Source: Conidiobolus incongruus B7586 | Lineage: Eukaryota | DNA: 64,000 bases | Direction of reading: 5' to 3' | Assembly: GCA_000697335.1 (NCBI GenBank) | Contig: JNEM01010572.1 | Location: forward strand, 1 to 64,000 | In this document: piece by piece, positions 13,147 through 27,614 of the stretch | Layout of the letters: each line of letters begins with the position of its first letter | Numbering within the stretch: position 1 is the stretch's first letter | Made by a program: the position numbers and the translations under genes | Notes under the pieces: model-generated | What the model saw: only the letters and a program-made list of their open reading frames with translations | Database searches by the model: none | What the model was told of the DNA's origin: nothing

Positions 13147-15590
13147 TTACTTTTGTTCAAGAATTGATGGTGACCCAACCATTAAATCTTGCCTCAAATT
13201 AGTCTCGAGGAATGTGATCACATCTCTCAAACTGTTGGCATCGCATAAAATACCCATCAACTGATCCAAATCTAAAGTAATATCAGCATGGGGAGGGCAT
13301 ACGTAGTTCAAATTGGTAAAAAGATGGTGGAATTGGTTTAATTGTGGAGGCGTTAACCTGAGATGATGTGTCAGTACAAACTTTTATGAGTCTACATCAT
13401 GAATGCGTAATGAACCGCCTCCTATTTCTTGACTGTTTAATATTAAACCATGGTGGTCTCCACGTTCCTAAATAATATTAGTATACAGAAAAATTAATAA
13501 TTATATATTACCTGTTATCTTTTCAGGTTCATTCAACAAGTATTGAAGATCTTGATCCTTAGGCGATGTGAAGGGATGGTGCGTAGATTTGAAGATTCCA
13601 TCCTCCAATTCGAATAGAGGCAAATCCACCACCCATAAAAATTTATCTTCAGTATTACGTTCAACCAAGCCTATTTAATTATGTTAGTCTATCTGTAAAT
13701 TATGTGATATTTAAATGAAGATACCTTGAGAGATACCAATTTTGATATAATCAATTCTTAATCTACCCAAATAAGTACAATCATCCTGCATTATTCATTA
13801 AGCTCAATAACTATTAAATTGTAATTAAATAATTGCATTATGCCTATAATCCTTATCTTTCACTTCAATCGCTACAATATCTCCAACCTCGACACTAAGC
13901 GACTGATTCAAATTGGCGCAAATTTCAGCAGGATCCTGAATTCGACTATAATTTGAAATAATTGCTGATATAAACCAATTTAAAATATTTTGAATAGTGA
14001 TTTTAATTAATCTAAATTTTTCAAAAATTGGTTAACGTTATTTAATATAATATAATGTAATATCATTATATTAAATATTTACAGATCATGTATCAACCAA
14101 ATTAGCTTGTTCCGATTATGACTCGATCTGATTGGATGATAATTTGAACCCTATTTGGGGTAATTTATGTGCTCTGACTTGTTGGGATGAGATATTTAAT
14201 ATATTGATATATTAATATATTAATATATTAATAATATTTTGAATCTAATGAAATAATTCATCAATATCATTTATAAAGATCTATTTTTGATAGGTCACCT
14301 TGTAGTTGTATCTCATATCGGGTTTGTCAGATCCAAACTAATCAGATAAATTAGTAAATATATCCAAAACATTGAAATTAAAGTATTTCTTCCATAGCAT
14401 CGTTTTAAGCAACACAGGGGAATCCGGTCTTCAAATTCTTCTTCAAAATACTCTTCCAAATTTTTTTCACTAAACCTTCTACCAAATTGATTGTTTCAAT
14501 TTTACAGTATGTCATTTCGATATCTAACTATAATATCCTATTATTATAGAGTAATACATCACAACAATAACTGATTACTTGAGAGAATTCAGGCTGTCTA
14601 TCAGCTCTCAAATACTCATCTCTAAAGCATTTAGCAATTTGGAAGTACTTGTCAATCCCACTCACCATCAACGATTGCTTATGCTTTTAAGGACTCTGTG
14701 GCAAACTGTGGTAATGGCCAGGTGATCTTGCAGGCATTTGAAATTCTTTAGCACATTTTGGTGTTGCTTTAAATAGGATAGGAGTTTCAACTTCAACAAA
14801 GCTGTTGCCGATCAGGTGGGTCCTTAAGGGTTGATTCAGTTTGGATCTCATTCTAAGATTGTGTTGCATCTGGTCACGACGGAGATCCAAACGCCTGTGG
14901 CGGAGTCTGACCTCTTCGTTGGGCTGATATATCATTAATAGATTTTAAGTTTTAATTAAACGCGATTTTTAGCAATTGTTTAGTAAGACTCGAAACAAAT
15001 GGCAACTTTTTAGGTTGAAATAAATTATCTAAAGAATCAATATCAAATTCCATCAACTCACTGTTCTAAGCATCATTGAACTGGTTTAACAATAAATTTA
15101 ATAGCGGTTAATTTACATTATTATTTCGGTTGGGTCTACTAATTAAATTCCCTTGAACTCTGACCAAAATCTACAATCCCAAATCATCTAAAGCATTCTT
15201 AAATTCCCAGATTTGGAAGATTTTAATATACATTGTTGACTCCCTGTACCGTCTTTGAACATTAGAAAAATGAGATTATCGTTGAATTTCCTATTTATCA
15301 ATATATTAGGATTATTAAAATATAATTATTGTTAATGTATTTTTACCCAATCTTTTCAATCCAATCACACAATACTACATTAGTACCAATTTGATTAATT
15401 TTTAATTCTTGGATTGGATGTATTGTCTGAGTTAATAACTCTAATTGAATATTAATGAATAAATAATATTGAATGAATTTGTTTTGCATACCTCTCAACT
15501 CTATATCTTTTTACAATTCCCAATTTTTTCAATACTTTTTTAGATTACTCTTGTCTATAAAAATATAAAAGCTTCTCAATTTGTCACCAT
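13147..15590 (-). pseudogene. MSD1: Mitochondrial (bacterial-type) aspartyl-tRNA synthetase pseudogene, intron-containing
   Basis: [89 protein letters not shown]. Stop replaces Gln at 14687-14689, catalytic motif 3 is degraded, more stops near the 5' end. Confidence 0.9.
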
Positions 15591-15910
15591 TAACTAATTT
15601 AAAAAATTGATTTAAAGATGAATATTTTGGTAATTTTTGATTGGTAGTTTAGAAACCCTAATAATAACATTATTATTATTATTATTATTATTAAGGTATT
15701 TTTATTTTGATTACCCTTAGGTTAACATTTTATTCCTTGATTCGAATTCAGAGTCAAAATTCCGGTTTTGTAGGGTTTTTCTCAATATAATATCATTCAT
15801 AAAATTCTATTTTCAAAAAAAATATCATATTCGAAATTCTAATCAATTAAAAAATAAAAAAATTATTATATTAGAAATTTAATAAGTGTTTTAAAATGAT
15901 TTGATATATC

Positions 15911-15970
15911 ATTTTTATTTTATTTTATTTATTTTTATTTTTATTTTTATTTTTATTTTTATTTTTATTT
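15911..15970. repeat. (TTTTTA)n / (TTTTA)n simple repeat
   Basis: Visible tandem units in the divergent intergenic region between the AspRS pseudogene and VPS3-like gene. Confidence 0.8.
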
Positions 15971-16113
15971 AATTAATCTATTTTTATTAAATTTAAGAAT
16001 ACCCATAAATATTCCAATTCCCAAATTAAATCATTAAATTCCGCCAAGTCATATCCGAAATTCAATTCAAAGTCACTCAGTTTTAAATAAAAATAATTAA
16101 TTAATTCTATTAA

Positions 16114-19100
16114 ATGGAATTTAAACCATATAACTTAAAGCCCCTATTCCATTCAAGTAGTCAAAACAAGGATTTTAATGTACAAAATGCAGCCTCTTTG
16201 AGTGCTATGAATACGGTTTTTAAATTGAATTTTGAAGCTGTTACCGCATGTGGAAATTTCATAATTTCATAATTATAGAAATGAGATTATTGATATGTTT
16301 TTTCAGATAACAATATCTTCGTAGGAACAACTGGCGGCACCATTATTCATTTGACCATGGATTTTCAAGCTCAAACTAATACTGTAAATTTTGTATTAAA
16401 AATACTATCAATTTCTAAAATAATATTTAGGATATGCCACATACTCAACTTGTACAAATTTTTAGTTTGGATACGAATAAGAGGATACAGAAATTATCAT
16501 GTCATAAAAAATTAAAAATTGCTGTTGGTGTTATGTGGTAAATATTCTTTTGAATAAATATGATATAGTATGATATTCAATATATTTTTCGATTTAGATT
16601 CTAAGCTGTCTATATTCAATTTTGATCTAGAACTTCAAGATCAGTATGAAACTCAACACGGTGTAATTCATTTCGATCTGGATTTCTTCAGTAATCAATT
16701 GGATATTGGCATATTGTGCGTAGCTAAGCGCAGGAGCCTTCAGATATTTTTACTTGCCAATGAATTGGTACTGAGGAAGGATATTCCGTTGAATGAATCA
16801 ATTACAAGTTTATGCTACAGTGGCAGTAATGTGATTGTGAGTGATAGCTACTATAAGCTAATTGATTTGAAAAGAGCGATCCCGGTGAAGTTGGCACCTG
16901 TTCAGGTGAAGCCAGTACAATCTAGGATTGAAATAGGATCACAGGTTAATAAGAAACTCATAGTTATTTTTATTGATGGTCAGGAATTTATGATCGTTTC
17001 TGGCGAAGAGAATGGAGCTTTAGGTATGTTCTTTAATAGTGTTGGTGATCCTTCAAGAGGAACTATATCATGGCCTATTTACCCCAAATGGGTTGGTTTT
17101 GATTTTCCTTTTACAATTGCGATATTACCCAACAATCAAGTCATGATCCATAATATTGTCACACAACAACTCTTCCAAAAAATTACCCTTCCAGATCGCC
17201 TTGATCTCAGAGGACTTGTAGACCACTGTGATCTCCAGCACTTCTTACCAATCCTCGATCAGAAATTGAACCGAGGTCGCGATGAAGATCTCCAAGCTTC
17301 CACCATGCTAACGACTAATGTGGCATGGGGCAAAAATTTTATTTTGGCATTTATGCTTAAACCCATCCTATTCGAAGTAGATCCATTATTCGACAGCCAT
17401 CAGTTGGAAAGATCCATCCTCATGGCAGAGCAATATTCCACAGTACTATCACCCCATAGTATTCATCACTACCGAATGTGACGTGAATTAGAGCACATTT
17501 ACCAGAAGTGCGGTCTCTTGTACATTGAGCAAACTCTCCTTGACGATGCTATTCCACTCCTAATTCAAGGCAATCTCGACCCCAGAGTCGTTATCAATCT
17601 ATTCCCAGACCTAGCCCTTCCCGACCTCAGCGAAGATCTACTATTAGACCCAGGAGTTGCAGCAGTAGCCAACAAACTCACCAACTTTCAAGATATCATT
17701 AAAGCCAATATCTCCCAAAACTATCTACCAGAAACAGGCGATAATGTAGAAGATCTTCTATTAGTTAAAAATTTCTATCAAATGCTGGAATCTTACCTGA
17801 CAAAATTGAGAACTAAATACTTTGATGGTGATATTCAATTGACCAAACATCAGGTAATAATCAATTATACTATCGATATATATGTATTAATATTGGTGCA
17901 GTTATTGGTTTTAGATACTACCATACTTAAACTATTTTCATATGATTCAAATTCAGACAAATTGTACAATTGGTTAATGATAGAAACCAACAAACTAACG
18001 TATTTACCAGATCATTGTATCGAGTTTTTGGCACAAAGAGAGGTAAGTGTATTTTATAATTGATAAATATAATAATTAATATTATATTAGAAACATTACG
18101 CAATCTCCCTAATCTATTTACAAAGCGGTAAATCGGATCTAGTATTTAGTATATGGAAAGAGTAAATTTACCTCATATATTAACATATCTATAATAATAA
18201 CAACCAATGAATAGTTTATATGTGAAAAAACTATCTCCTTTTGACAATTTGGAAGATTTAAGAAAGATCATGGACTTTTGCACCACCGTCAAAGATATTG
18301 AACTAGCTTGGGAAATTAGTCGATGGCTCATTGAACAGTATCCGGAATGGGGTGTACAAGTAATCTAAATATATTATAATACTGATATTTAATCTGTCAT
18401 AAATATTGAATGATTTGTAGAATCTGCAACAATTATCCCAACAAACTCTGAATCAAATAGGCATCCGAAAAATTCTTGAGCATTTAACTAAAACTCCCAA
18501 TTTGATAGAGGGAAAACAGCAATTTTTAGAGTTTTTGGTATCTAGAGACTCTAATCAAGTAAAATTTATTAATATGTTAATATATAATCAATATTGAACT
18601 TTTTTAGGATTTAGAATTACATGAGGAATTGATTCAAGTTTATTTGACTAGGTTATTAAATTTATTTGGAAGTGATATAGAATTGCATAGGGAATTGAAA
18701 GCTCAAGGTAATTATAAAATTACAATATTAAATACCTTATATTAATTCTATCATAGAGAGAGTATATATCATTCACTTTACCATACATCCGAAATCTACA
18801 TTCCTAGCCTTCCTCATCGATCGCAACGATTGTCTTTCAAAATTAAGATCCAATCTCATTCAATTTTTAAATTTTCAAACATATTAAATTTCAAGAAATT
18901 ATTAGATAAATTTAAACAACTCAACCATTTAATTTTAGAATTGAGTGTATTATATTCCAAGGTAATTCATTTATATAATTAACTCTATATATTAATAATT
19001 AACCTATAATGTAGCTTGAAAATTATCACAAATCTATTGAATTATTGGTACAAATTCAAGATTTTAATCAAGTAGAATTATTTTGTTTAAATAATGCCAA

Positions 19101-19826
19101 ATTTAATTTTGAATATTTGAAAAATCCTAAATTTCCTATTAAAGTAACTAATGAGAATAATATTAATGGCAGTATTCAGGAGAAAGGATATCATTTGGGT
19201 GAATTGAGTTCGAGTGACTTGAGTAGGAAGAAATTATTTAATGATTTGTTGGATTGTTTGTTAGGATTTAATGACGAGTATCTTTTTATTTTACTTAGTA
19301 AATTATTTACTAATTGATAATTCTAGGCATACTGTACTCATTCAAGTGTCATCACTTCTATCTCGTCATTATTCAATGTTTGATTTATTAGATGTAATAA
19401 CATTTTACTTATATCAATTGAAATTAACTATTATTTTAGGTATTATCGAAACTACCTATGCATTGGTCCCTAGATCTATTCGCTCCCTACTTTATCAAAA
19501 ATCTAAAAAAATTAAATGAGGGTAGTCACCATTTAGAAATTGTCAAATCTCTAAGTATTGCTGAAAATATTAAAGTAGCCTAATGATCTTAGTTATATAT
19601 TATTTATTAATAATCAATATAGACTAATTGGGACCTTAACCAAACCATCCAATCCGTGAACAAGAGTGTGAACGGTCCCATTACCATCAACGAGAGCACG
19701 CGATGCGGCAAATGTCAAAAATTTATTGGAGATTCTGTCATCTCTATATTGCTTGTCGATCTTTTATCATTTGCCTCCAAATATATTCCTATTTATCATT
19801 TACATTGCATTCAAAATCAAAATTAA
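16114..19826 (+). pseudogene. VPS3/TGFBRAP1 (Vam6/Vps39 family) CORVET/HOPS subunit, multi-exon, with two disabling lesions
   Basis: CNH-like domain (GMFFNSVGDPSRGTISW, FPFTIAIL), LDPRVVINLFP, C-terminal CGKCQKFIGDS..YHLHC zinc finger. In-frame TGA at 17479-17481 (RM*RELEHIYQK) and an apparent 1-bp loss in a T run near 18872-18875. Family call is strong; pseudogene versus sequencing error is unresolved. Confidence 0.75.
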
Positions 19827-20799
19827 TATAAAATTAATGGATATTTATTGTATAAACTTAGGTCTTTAAAATAAATATGATTAATTTTAGCATTAATTAA
19901 TATAGAATTGAAAAAAATAGCAAATATTCCAGCAAAAATGATGCGAGGTAAATTATAGTTAAATCTAATTACCAATAAATGTTTTGGATGAAATATAGAG
20001 TATAATGAAAATTTACTGGAAATCAGTATAACAAGCTATAGAAAGTGAATTTTGATTTAATATCAAATAACTAGCAAAAAATAAATCAAAATTTGGTAGA
20101 AATTCGAATGAACCAAAAAAAAACAGAATTTTGTTGGTTAATATTATAGGGATCATAAAATAAGAGAAACTAATAAATGATGAGATATAAATTTCTAGTG
20201 AAATTTCTAAACAATTTAAAAATATCATATTAATTTCAATAAGTATAAAAGATTAGAAACAAAATTTTAAAACCTACAATACTGAATTTCAAAATTTGAA
20301 ATCCAATTGAAAGTAATATTAAATTCGTAATTAAATTCAAATTAGTACTGGAAGATCTATAAAAAATGAATTCAAAATTATATTAATATAGTTAAAGATT
20401 CTCTTTGACTTATGAAATTAAAGAATTCATTAGAGTAGTGAAAATTGTTGTTGAATGTAAACATTCTGAATGAACCTACACATGATCTAAATAATTGATT
20501 GGATAATATTTGAAAAGTGTAATAAAATATAAATAATATTATTAACAAATGGAGGTTTTTACCTATATAACATATCACACTAAATTTTTTATTACATGTC
20601 TTAAACGTTAAAAAGATAGTAATGAAAATTATTTCACATTCAAAAAGTTGAAATGTTGAGTAAATTTTGTAATATTAAATACAATTGTTGAATGAAAAGG
20701 TCAAAAAATCCCACAATTTTGATTTAAAAATTAAAAATATGAAGTTGAAACAAAATTTAATTGAGTGCTATCTCTTCCACAACACGACTAATATACAAT

Positions 20800-21963
20800 A
20801 TGTCTCATCGTAAATACGAGGCTCCCCGTCACGGTCACTTAGGTTTCTCTCCCAGAAAGAGAACTAGACATCACCGCGGTTCTGTCAAATCTTTCCCCAA
20901 GGATGATCCCTCCAAACCCGTCCACTTAACTGCTTTCATGGGTTACAAGGCCGGTATGACCCACGTCGTCCGCGATCTTGATCGTCCCGGTTCCAAGAAC
21001 CACAAGAAGGAAGTTATCGAACCCGTCACTATTTTGGAAACTCCCCCCATGGTTGTTGTCGGCGTTGTCGGTTATATCCAAACTCCCCGTGGTATCCGCG
21101 CTTTGACCACCGTCTGGGCTGATCACTTAAGTGAAGATGTCCGTCGTCGTTTCTACAAGAACTGGTTCAAGTCTAAGAAGAAGGCTTTCACCAAGTACGC
21201 CAAGAAGGTCTCTGAAGACCAAAAGGTCGCTTCTCGCGAATTGGAACGTATCAAGAAGTACTGCTCCATCGTCCGTGTTATTGCTCACACTCAAATCCGC
21301 AAGGTCAACATTGGTCAAAAGAAGGCTCATGTTATGGAAATCCAATTGAACGGTGGTTCCGTCGCTGACAAGGTTGAATGGGCTAAGGAACATTTCGAAA
21401 AGACCGTCGATGTCTCCTCCGTTTTCGAACAAGACGAAAACATTGATGTTATTGGTGTTACCAAGGGTCATGGTTTCGAAGGTGTTACCCACCGTTGGGG
21501 TACCAAGAAATTGCCCCGTAAGACTCACAGAGGTCTCCGCAAGGTCGCTTGTATTGGTGCCTGGCATCCTTCCAGAGTCATGTACTCTGTTCCCCGTGCC
21601 GGTCAAAACGGTTACCACCACCGTACCGAAGTCAACAAGAAGATCTACCGCATCGGTAAGGCTGACGACAAGTCCTCCGCCTCTACTGAATACGATCTTA
21701 CCGTTAAGCAAATCACTCCTCTCGGTGGTTTCCCTCACTACGGTATTGTCCGTGAAGATTTCGTCATGATCAAGGGTACTTGCGCTGGTGTCCGTCGTCG
21801 TGTCTTAACCCTCCGTAAATCCCTCCGTGTTCACACCTCCCGTGCCGCTTTGGAAAAGATCTCCCTCAAATTCATCGATACTTCCTCCAAGTATGGTCAC
21901 GGTCGTTTCCAAACCTCCGAAGAAAAGAAGACCTTCTTCGGTACCCTCAAGAAGGATCTCTAA
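20800..21963 (+). CDS. RPL3: 60S ribosomal protein L3 (uL3), intronless, 387 aa
   Basis: [12 protein letters not shown] start at ATG 20800, [21 protein letters not shown], strong high-expression codon bias. Confidence 0.99.
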   Translation: MSHRKYEAPRHGHLGFSPRKRTRHHRGSVKSFPKDDPSKPVHLTAFMGYKAGMTHVVRDLDRPGSKNHKKEVIEPVTILETPPMVVVGVVGYIQTPRGIRALTTVWADHLSEDVRRRFYKNWFKSKKKAFTKYAKKVSEDQKVASRELERIKKYCSIVRVIAHTQIRKVNIGQKKAHVMEIQLNGGSVADKVEWAKEHFEKTVDVSSVFEQDENIDVIGVTKGHGFEGVTHRWGTKKLPRKTHRGLRKVACIGAWHPSRVMYSVPRAGQNGYHHRTEVNKKIYRIGKADDKSSASTEYDLTVKQITPLGGFPHYGIVREDFVMIKGTCAGVRRRVLTLRKSLRVHTSRAALEKISLKFIDTSSKYGHGRFQTSEEKKTFFGTLKKDL

Positions 21964-23160
21964 ATTTATTAGCTCTGTGTTGTGTAATAAATTTTCTTTT
22001 CTTTTATCTTTTATATAATATAAATACTCTGTGGTATATATTATTATTTATTTAAATAATTCCAATCTACATCTTCAATATAGATCCACGTTTTCATAAT
22101 TCACAATTAATTCTTTAATCTAATCATAAATTTCGATCTATCAATAAAAATTTTACCCTATCCTTCATACAATATTTATTTTTATTAAAATCTTTCTTTT
22201 GACACTATGTTCATAACCAGTTATAATTTTTAATTTTTATACCGTATTAATATCATATTAATCAAAATTAAACATTTACAAGTCTAGTTCACTATAAGTG
22301 TAACAATTAATCAATTTTAATATAACAACTCATTAAATGATACTTATTCAAAATACTTATTGAAACTGAATTATCATACTAAAATTATTTTCAAATTTTA
22401 TAAATTTTTAAACTAATATATATATATTCAATTAATTAATAACGAAAATTATCGATTAAATCTTAAATTCTTGAATATATTTTTATATAACTATAGTATT
22501 ATAAAGTGTTATTAATAATTTTATTTTAATTTCAATTTTGTTTATATATTAAAATTTTTTTCTATTAATTGATTCCAAATTTTAATAAAAATTTTGTAAA
22601 AATTGTTTTATTAAGAATAATTATTGTAAATTTAATTTAACTAAAGTTAAAATATAAATAATTGATATACTTTTCAAAAATTAGTGATACATATACTAGT
22701 ATTATAATTGTTATTATAATTAATATTCGTAAAATGCTGAATTATAGAAGTATCAAATAAACAATATAAAACTTCAACTAGAATTGAGAAAATTTAAGCT
22801 TGGTTATTTACATATTATTCTACGTGGTTGAATTCTAAAAAATAAATAAATAATCACATCTTTAAATACTAAATTCTAACATATTCTTCAGGTAATTAAT
22901 CGTGGGAGAAGACTCAAATGAGTTATCAAAATAAAATAGATTTCAAAATTAAAAACTAACAAGATGATTAGTAAATATATGATTATTTATTATAATGATG
23001 ACATAATCAGTCACTTGATAATAAAAAGATAATATAAATTGAGAGCTAATTTGTAGTCAAAATGTTCTTTCTTTCTCCAACCCTTGGAGTTGGACCTCAC
23101 AGTTCAACATAATCAATTGTTTTTCGAGTATCTTTGTATTTGGATTTTCTTATTTTTGAT

Positions 23161-24118
23161 ATGGATCAACAAGAAACTAAAAGCATTAACCTTTGGGTCC
23201 TATTACAGTGTAAATACTGTATTGACAAGGTTACACCATTAGTAAAAAGAATTCCTTTTGGAGGCTTGGTTTGTGAGAGCTGTGGAAGATTTGGGATGTT
23301 GTGTCATTGATAAACACTTCAAAAAGCAACAAGTTGAAAAGGAAAAAGGTGAAGGTTTTGCCTCTATTGATACTGTCGAAATCTCACCTATACGTCTCTC
23401 CGAACCTCATACTGCGATTCCAAAAAAAAAGAAAATTCAAGCACTGTCCCTGGAGCCCATGAAAATGCCCACAACCAACCCAATGCACCAAATAATGATA
23501 ATGATTTCAACAGTACTTCAGATCAAATCACTATTATCTGTAATAAACTAAAATTGAACCAACATGCTATTGACATTGTAAAAAGCATTACCATTACTCC
23601 GAATGGGAGAAGCTCCTATGCGGTAAAACTAATGATATAAAAATCGCTGCATACATTATCATAGCGCTGAAAGTTCCCAAAATACGCAAATCTTGGAAAA
23701 ATTCGTTGAAGCGATCCAAGTTGCTGAAAAAGATTCTAATAAAGCATACCCAATTTTATCCAAAAGATTTGATGTCCATTGTCCTCCTATTAATTCCAAA
23801 CAATTGATCGAAACCTGTTTTGAACATTTCAGATTCCTTTAGTTTGTAAATTTTTAAAGTATTTATTTTCCAGCTAAAATTGAAAAATTTTCAAGTTTGA
23901 AAAATGAGATTAACAATTTAATTGTTGCCGCCTGTATTTGTTACCCTTCTCACCTTTTTCGGAATGGTTTAGCCTTGAGCCAAGTCTCGATCATGTTCGG
24001 TATCAATGAACTAAACCTTAGAGATGTGTATTGTAACATGATCAATGCTGAAAATAAGCTGAAAAATCATTTCATATTAAAAAATGGCGCAAACTGGAAT
24101 ATCCTTCTAATACTTTAA
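23161..24118 (+). pseudogene. TFIIB pseudogene (array copy 1)
   Basis: MDQQETK...LLQCKYCIDK..GGLVCESCG zinc ribbon with frameshifts; later IVAACICYPSHLF and ILKNGANWNIL match the intact copies' IAAACIYYASHLL and YRDGANY; shares the upstream TGTTCTTTCT..ATCTTTGTA tract. Confidence 0.85.
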
Positions 24119-24716
24119 TTAGTCTATCATTTTTAATTATTATTTTGATTGCTGGGGCATTGTTATTTATTTATTTTAAATTATTTATTGTATTTTAAAA
24201 TTAAAAAATATTTCCTCACAGTATAAAAAATATTATAACATATAATGTTTTATTTAAATTTTTTAAGTATATTATTTATTTGAATAATGATAAAATAGAT
24301 TATTAAGACCATATTAGTGAATGTAAATTATAAAGGTTTAAATTTAATCAATGTCAGACTAACTTAAATAATTGGATATTTGATTGGGTGTACAATATAT
24401 TAGAAAATGATCAATCAAGAAATATAATATAATATAATATATAATCATATTGAAAATAATGCTTTAGTAAATTGAAATATATATTATTTAGTTTAAAATA
24501 TTATTTAACTTTATTCAAAATTATTTCAAATTTTGTAATTCAACTTGAATAGTATGGATAAAAGTATAACATTTTAAGTTGGAATTTGAGATTAAAATGC
24601 TCGAATTATACTGTAATTTTTCAATATTCATTAGATATTCTATAATTATATAAATTGAAAAATAATTATAGATATATGCATATAAATGAATCATGAATAT
24701 AGGATAAATATATTAT

Positions 24717-25080
24717 TGTCAGGAGTCAGAAGACCCCTCTCCTACTAATTATGCTTATATCAACTGAATATAAGGGTCATTCCCTCTTTATATAATCAGC
24801 TACTTCAGCTCTGTCCTTTAATTAACTAATGATACAAGCCAACACAAATCTCCATAAATCTCTTTACCCTATTCATTCTATATAAAACCCAGAATTAGAT
24901 CCATCCTCAAGAGATAAGCTCAATCTGGGTCCTCCTAGCTATCTGCCTTAAACCAATAATCTCTCTCTCTCTCCTTAACAGTTACCTGTAATTCCCCAGA
25001 TCTCTCTTGTACTTAAATTAACCTGAACACAGCTTTCCCAACTCATGTTATTACAATCAATATTTTGTTTCTTAATAACA
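24717..25080. mobile_element. Probable solo LTR (~364 bp)
   Basis: Abrupt C-richer island starting TGTCA and ending TAACA (mutated TGACA), internal TATAAAA and CT-rich tract, no CpG seen. No clean TSD; unrelated to the LTRs at 1594/6901. Confidence 0.5.
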
Positions 25081-26646
25081 TATTGTTGTATTTTAAATTT
25101 AATCATTTATTTCATTTTGATAGTTAAACCAATATTATTTCTATTTTAAGCTGGCTTTGTCAGTCTATAATTGAAGGATACTCTTTGTTCACTTTGTTTT
25201 CTTTATTAGATTATATCCAAATCCTATATCATTCATTTAAGCAACTATTTAAACCCAAAGCTGATAAAGATAGAAGAATAATTTTTTTCTTTTGGATATT
25301 CTGCTATAACACCTCAACATTAAGTTTTAAACCTACAGTGCCAATATATTAAAGAACAGGATTAATAAATAATTTACTAAATCATATTTCAAGTACTTTT
25401 CTAACTACAACCTATATTTATAAAACTTAATATAAAAACACAACAGTATTGAAAACTGATAATTAACTCAATATAAATTGTCAGAATCAGATGATTCTTT
25501 AAAACTCAAAGTTTATGAAATGTGTTTAATCTTGTCAGTGATTATATTATTGAGTTTAAAATTAAATGACATTAAGTTTATTGGTTAAAATACAATTTTT
25601 TATCATTAAGATGATATCATTAGTTGTTTATAAATAAGAAACAATATAAATAACAATTTCATCTCAATGATCTCAATTGTGTTTTTAGGTAATTAAAATT
25701 ATAACTCACAAATTGTTGGATATCTACAATTATCTATGGATCATATTGCTAATAATGTCTTCATATTTGTTAAACTCAGATAGGAATTATTGAATGACTG
25801 TGTGGGACATTTTTAAGACTTATATTTTATTAGGATGTAAGTTTTATTTGGACAAGATTGCTAATATTGCTAAAAGCATTTCCACTAGAAAATTGATTCG
25901 TGCTAACTGTTATAATTATTGGGGATATTGTATTTCTGAAATTTCCTCAAAATGGTAAAATTTTGAAAATTTTAAACATATCAGCTCTTGGATTATTTTT
26001 ATAGCTGGAACTCCTATAATATTTGTTAATGAGACTTGCACTCTTGGTTTGAAAAAAATGTTACAAGATCTATCATCCAATATCTTAATGCTAATGAATA
26101 AAAATAAATTCAGGTAAATAGACAAAATATGCCAAATGATTGCAAATAATCACATTACTTTTTAACCAACTGAATTTGGATATCAAAATCGGAAATACTA
26201 TATTTGATAGTTGTTCTATTAATCATTATTTATTTAATTTTCTGATATTATATATTGTAAAAATAAATTTAAATTGTAATTAAAATAATCATAAAGTTAT
26301 GCAAACTGGTATTTCCACATATCAACAAAATAATATGTAGAAATTATTAATCATATATATAGTCATATAACTAAATAACTTTCAAAGCCAACCAGAGAAT
26401 AGAATAGTGTGTAATAATTTATTGAATGATGAAATTAATGAATTTAAAATGAAAAATTTAATGATTGTTTATATCATTTGAAAAAATACTATTTCATGAC
26501 TAAATAATTGGAAGCTAAAAAATTTCTATCACATATTTATTCCAAATGAACTCTGATTCTTTTATCAATTTTACTAATTTAACAACACAGTGAGTATTTC
26601 AATATTTTGTTTATTACCTTTCCGCATTAAATTATTTTCAGCTATT

Positions 26647-27614
26647 TTGATCTCTATTATTGAATTACAAGCTATTAAGAATAATATAGACCATTGTGAG
26701 CTAATATATTGTAGAAACTATACTAATGAAGGTCCTCTTGTTATCTAAAACATTGTCTCTAAAAAATTATTTTCCGGTTACTGTGCATGCGATTTAGGTT
26801 ATATTATCGTCAATATCATTCCTGAAAATAATAACGTTGTGAATAATACAAGTAATAATTCGCTACACACTGGTACTGAGGGAAATTCTGACTTGACTGG
26901 CGTTCAATTGGATATTAAGAATTTAGTTAAGGTTCATAGTAATAAACTAGTCAAAAATCTTAATAATGTTTTCAATCAATACATTGTTTAGAAAGATGAA
27001 AAGGATCTCGAGGAGGTATTTAATGATGTCTCTACACTTTGTAACATGCCGCATTTAAACCAAGTAGTTAATGATACTACTAAACGATACTGCCAGCGTG
27101 CAAAAGAGGAGAAATTGTCAAATGTCAAACATTATAAAACGATTTATGCTGTTGCGATCTTTATGTCATCTAAGGCTGAAAAAGTATCATGTACGTTAAG
27201 TGAAACATACATTAAAATAATGAATCTCTAAAAAATGATGTAAAAGCCCATATTCTCTTATTTAAAGGAATCGATGCTAATGGCCAAACTGACAATCCTG
27301 AGCAGTTGATTTTAAGTTGATGTTCCAGATCTGAACTACCTATCAACGTTGAGAAAACAAGTATTGTATAGCCATGATTTATTAAAAATCTGTCAAATTT
27401 GACTTTAATTAACTGAGTTGAGGTTAGTGGGGCCTGTGTTTATTACTCTTCTAAGTTTCTTGGTCATTACAGATCCTTCAAAGATATATATGATGTCTAT
27501 GGATTTGCTCAAGATAAAGTTAAAGATGTCTATTATATATTGTATCATGCTATTGATGAGTTAAAATATCCTCTCTTGTGCCGCAATGGTGCTAACTGGG
27601 ACGGATTGCTTTAG
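26647..27614 (+). pseudogene. TFIIB pseudogene (array copy 2)
   Basis: HLNQVVNDTTKRYCQRAKEEKL, AVAIFM, KGIDANGQTDNPEQL, ACVYYSSKFLGHYRSFKDI, DELKYPLLCRNGANWDGLL* are colinear with copy 4. Start codon lost (TTG), several stops, zinc ribbon eroded. Confidence 0.9.

Noticed and set aside
20926..22018. Overlapping antisense and alternate-frame ORFs on RPL3
   Set aside because: Shadow ORFs caused by strong codon bias; the same applies to those over TFIIB, MDV1, PDS5 and UTP13.
25090..26190. Possible F-box/LRR pseudogene on the minus strand (IWHILSIYLN..)
   Set aside because: F-box resemblance is weak; not supportable without a profile search. Similar unassigned decayed tracts at ~48900-50150 and ~55560-56250.
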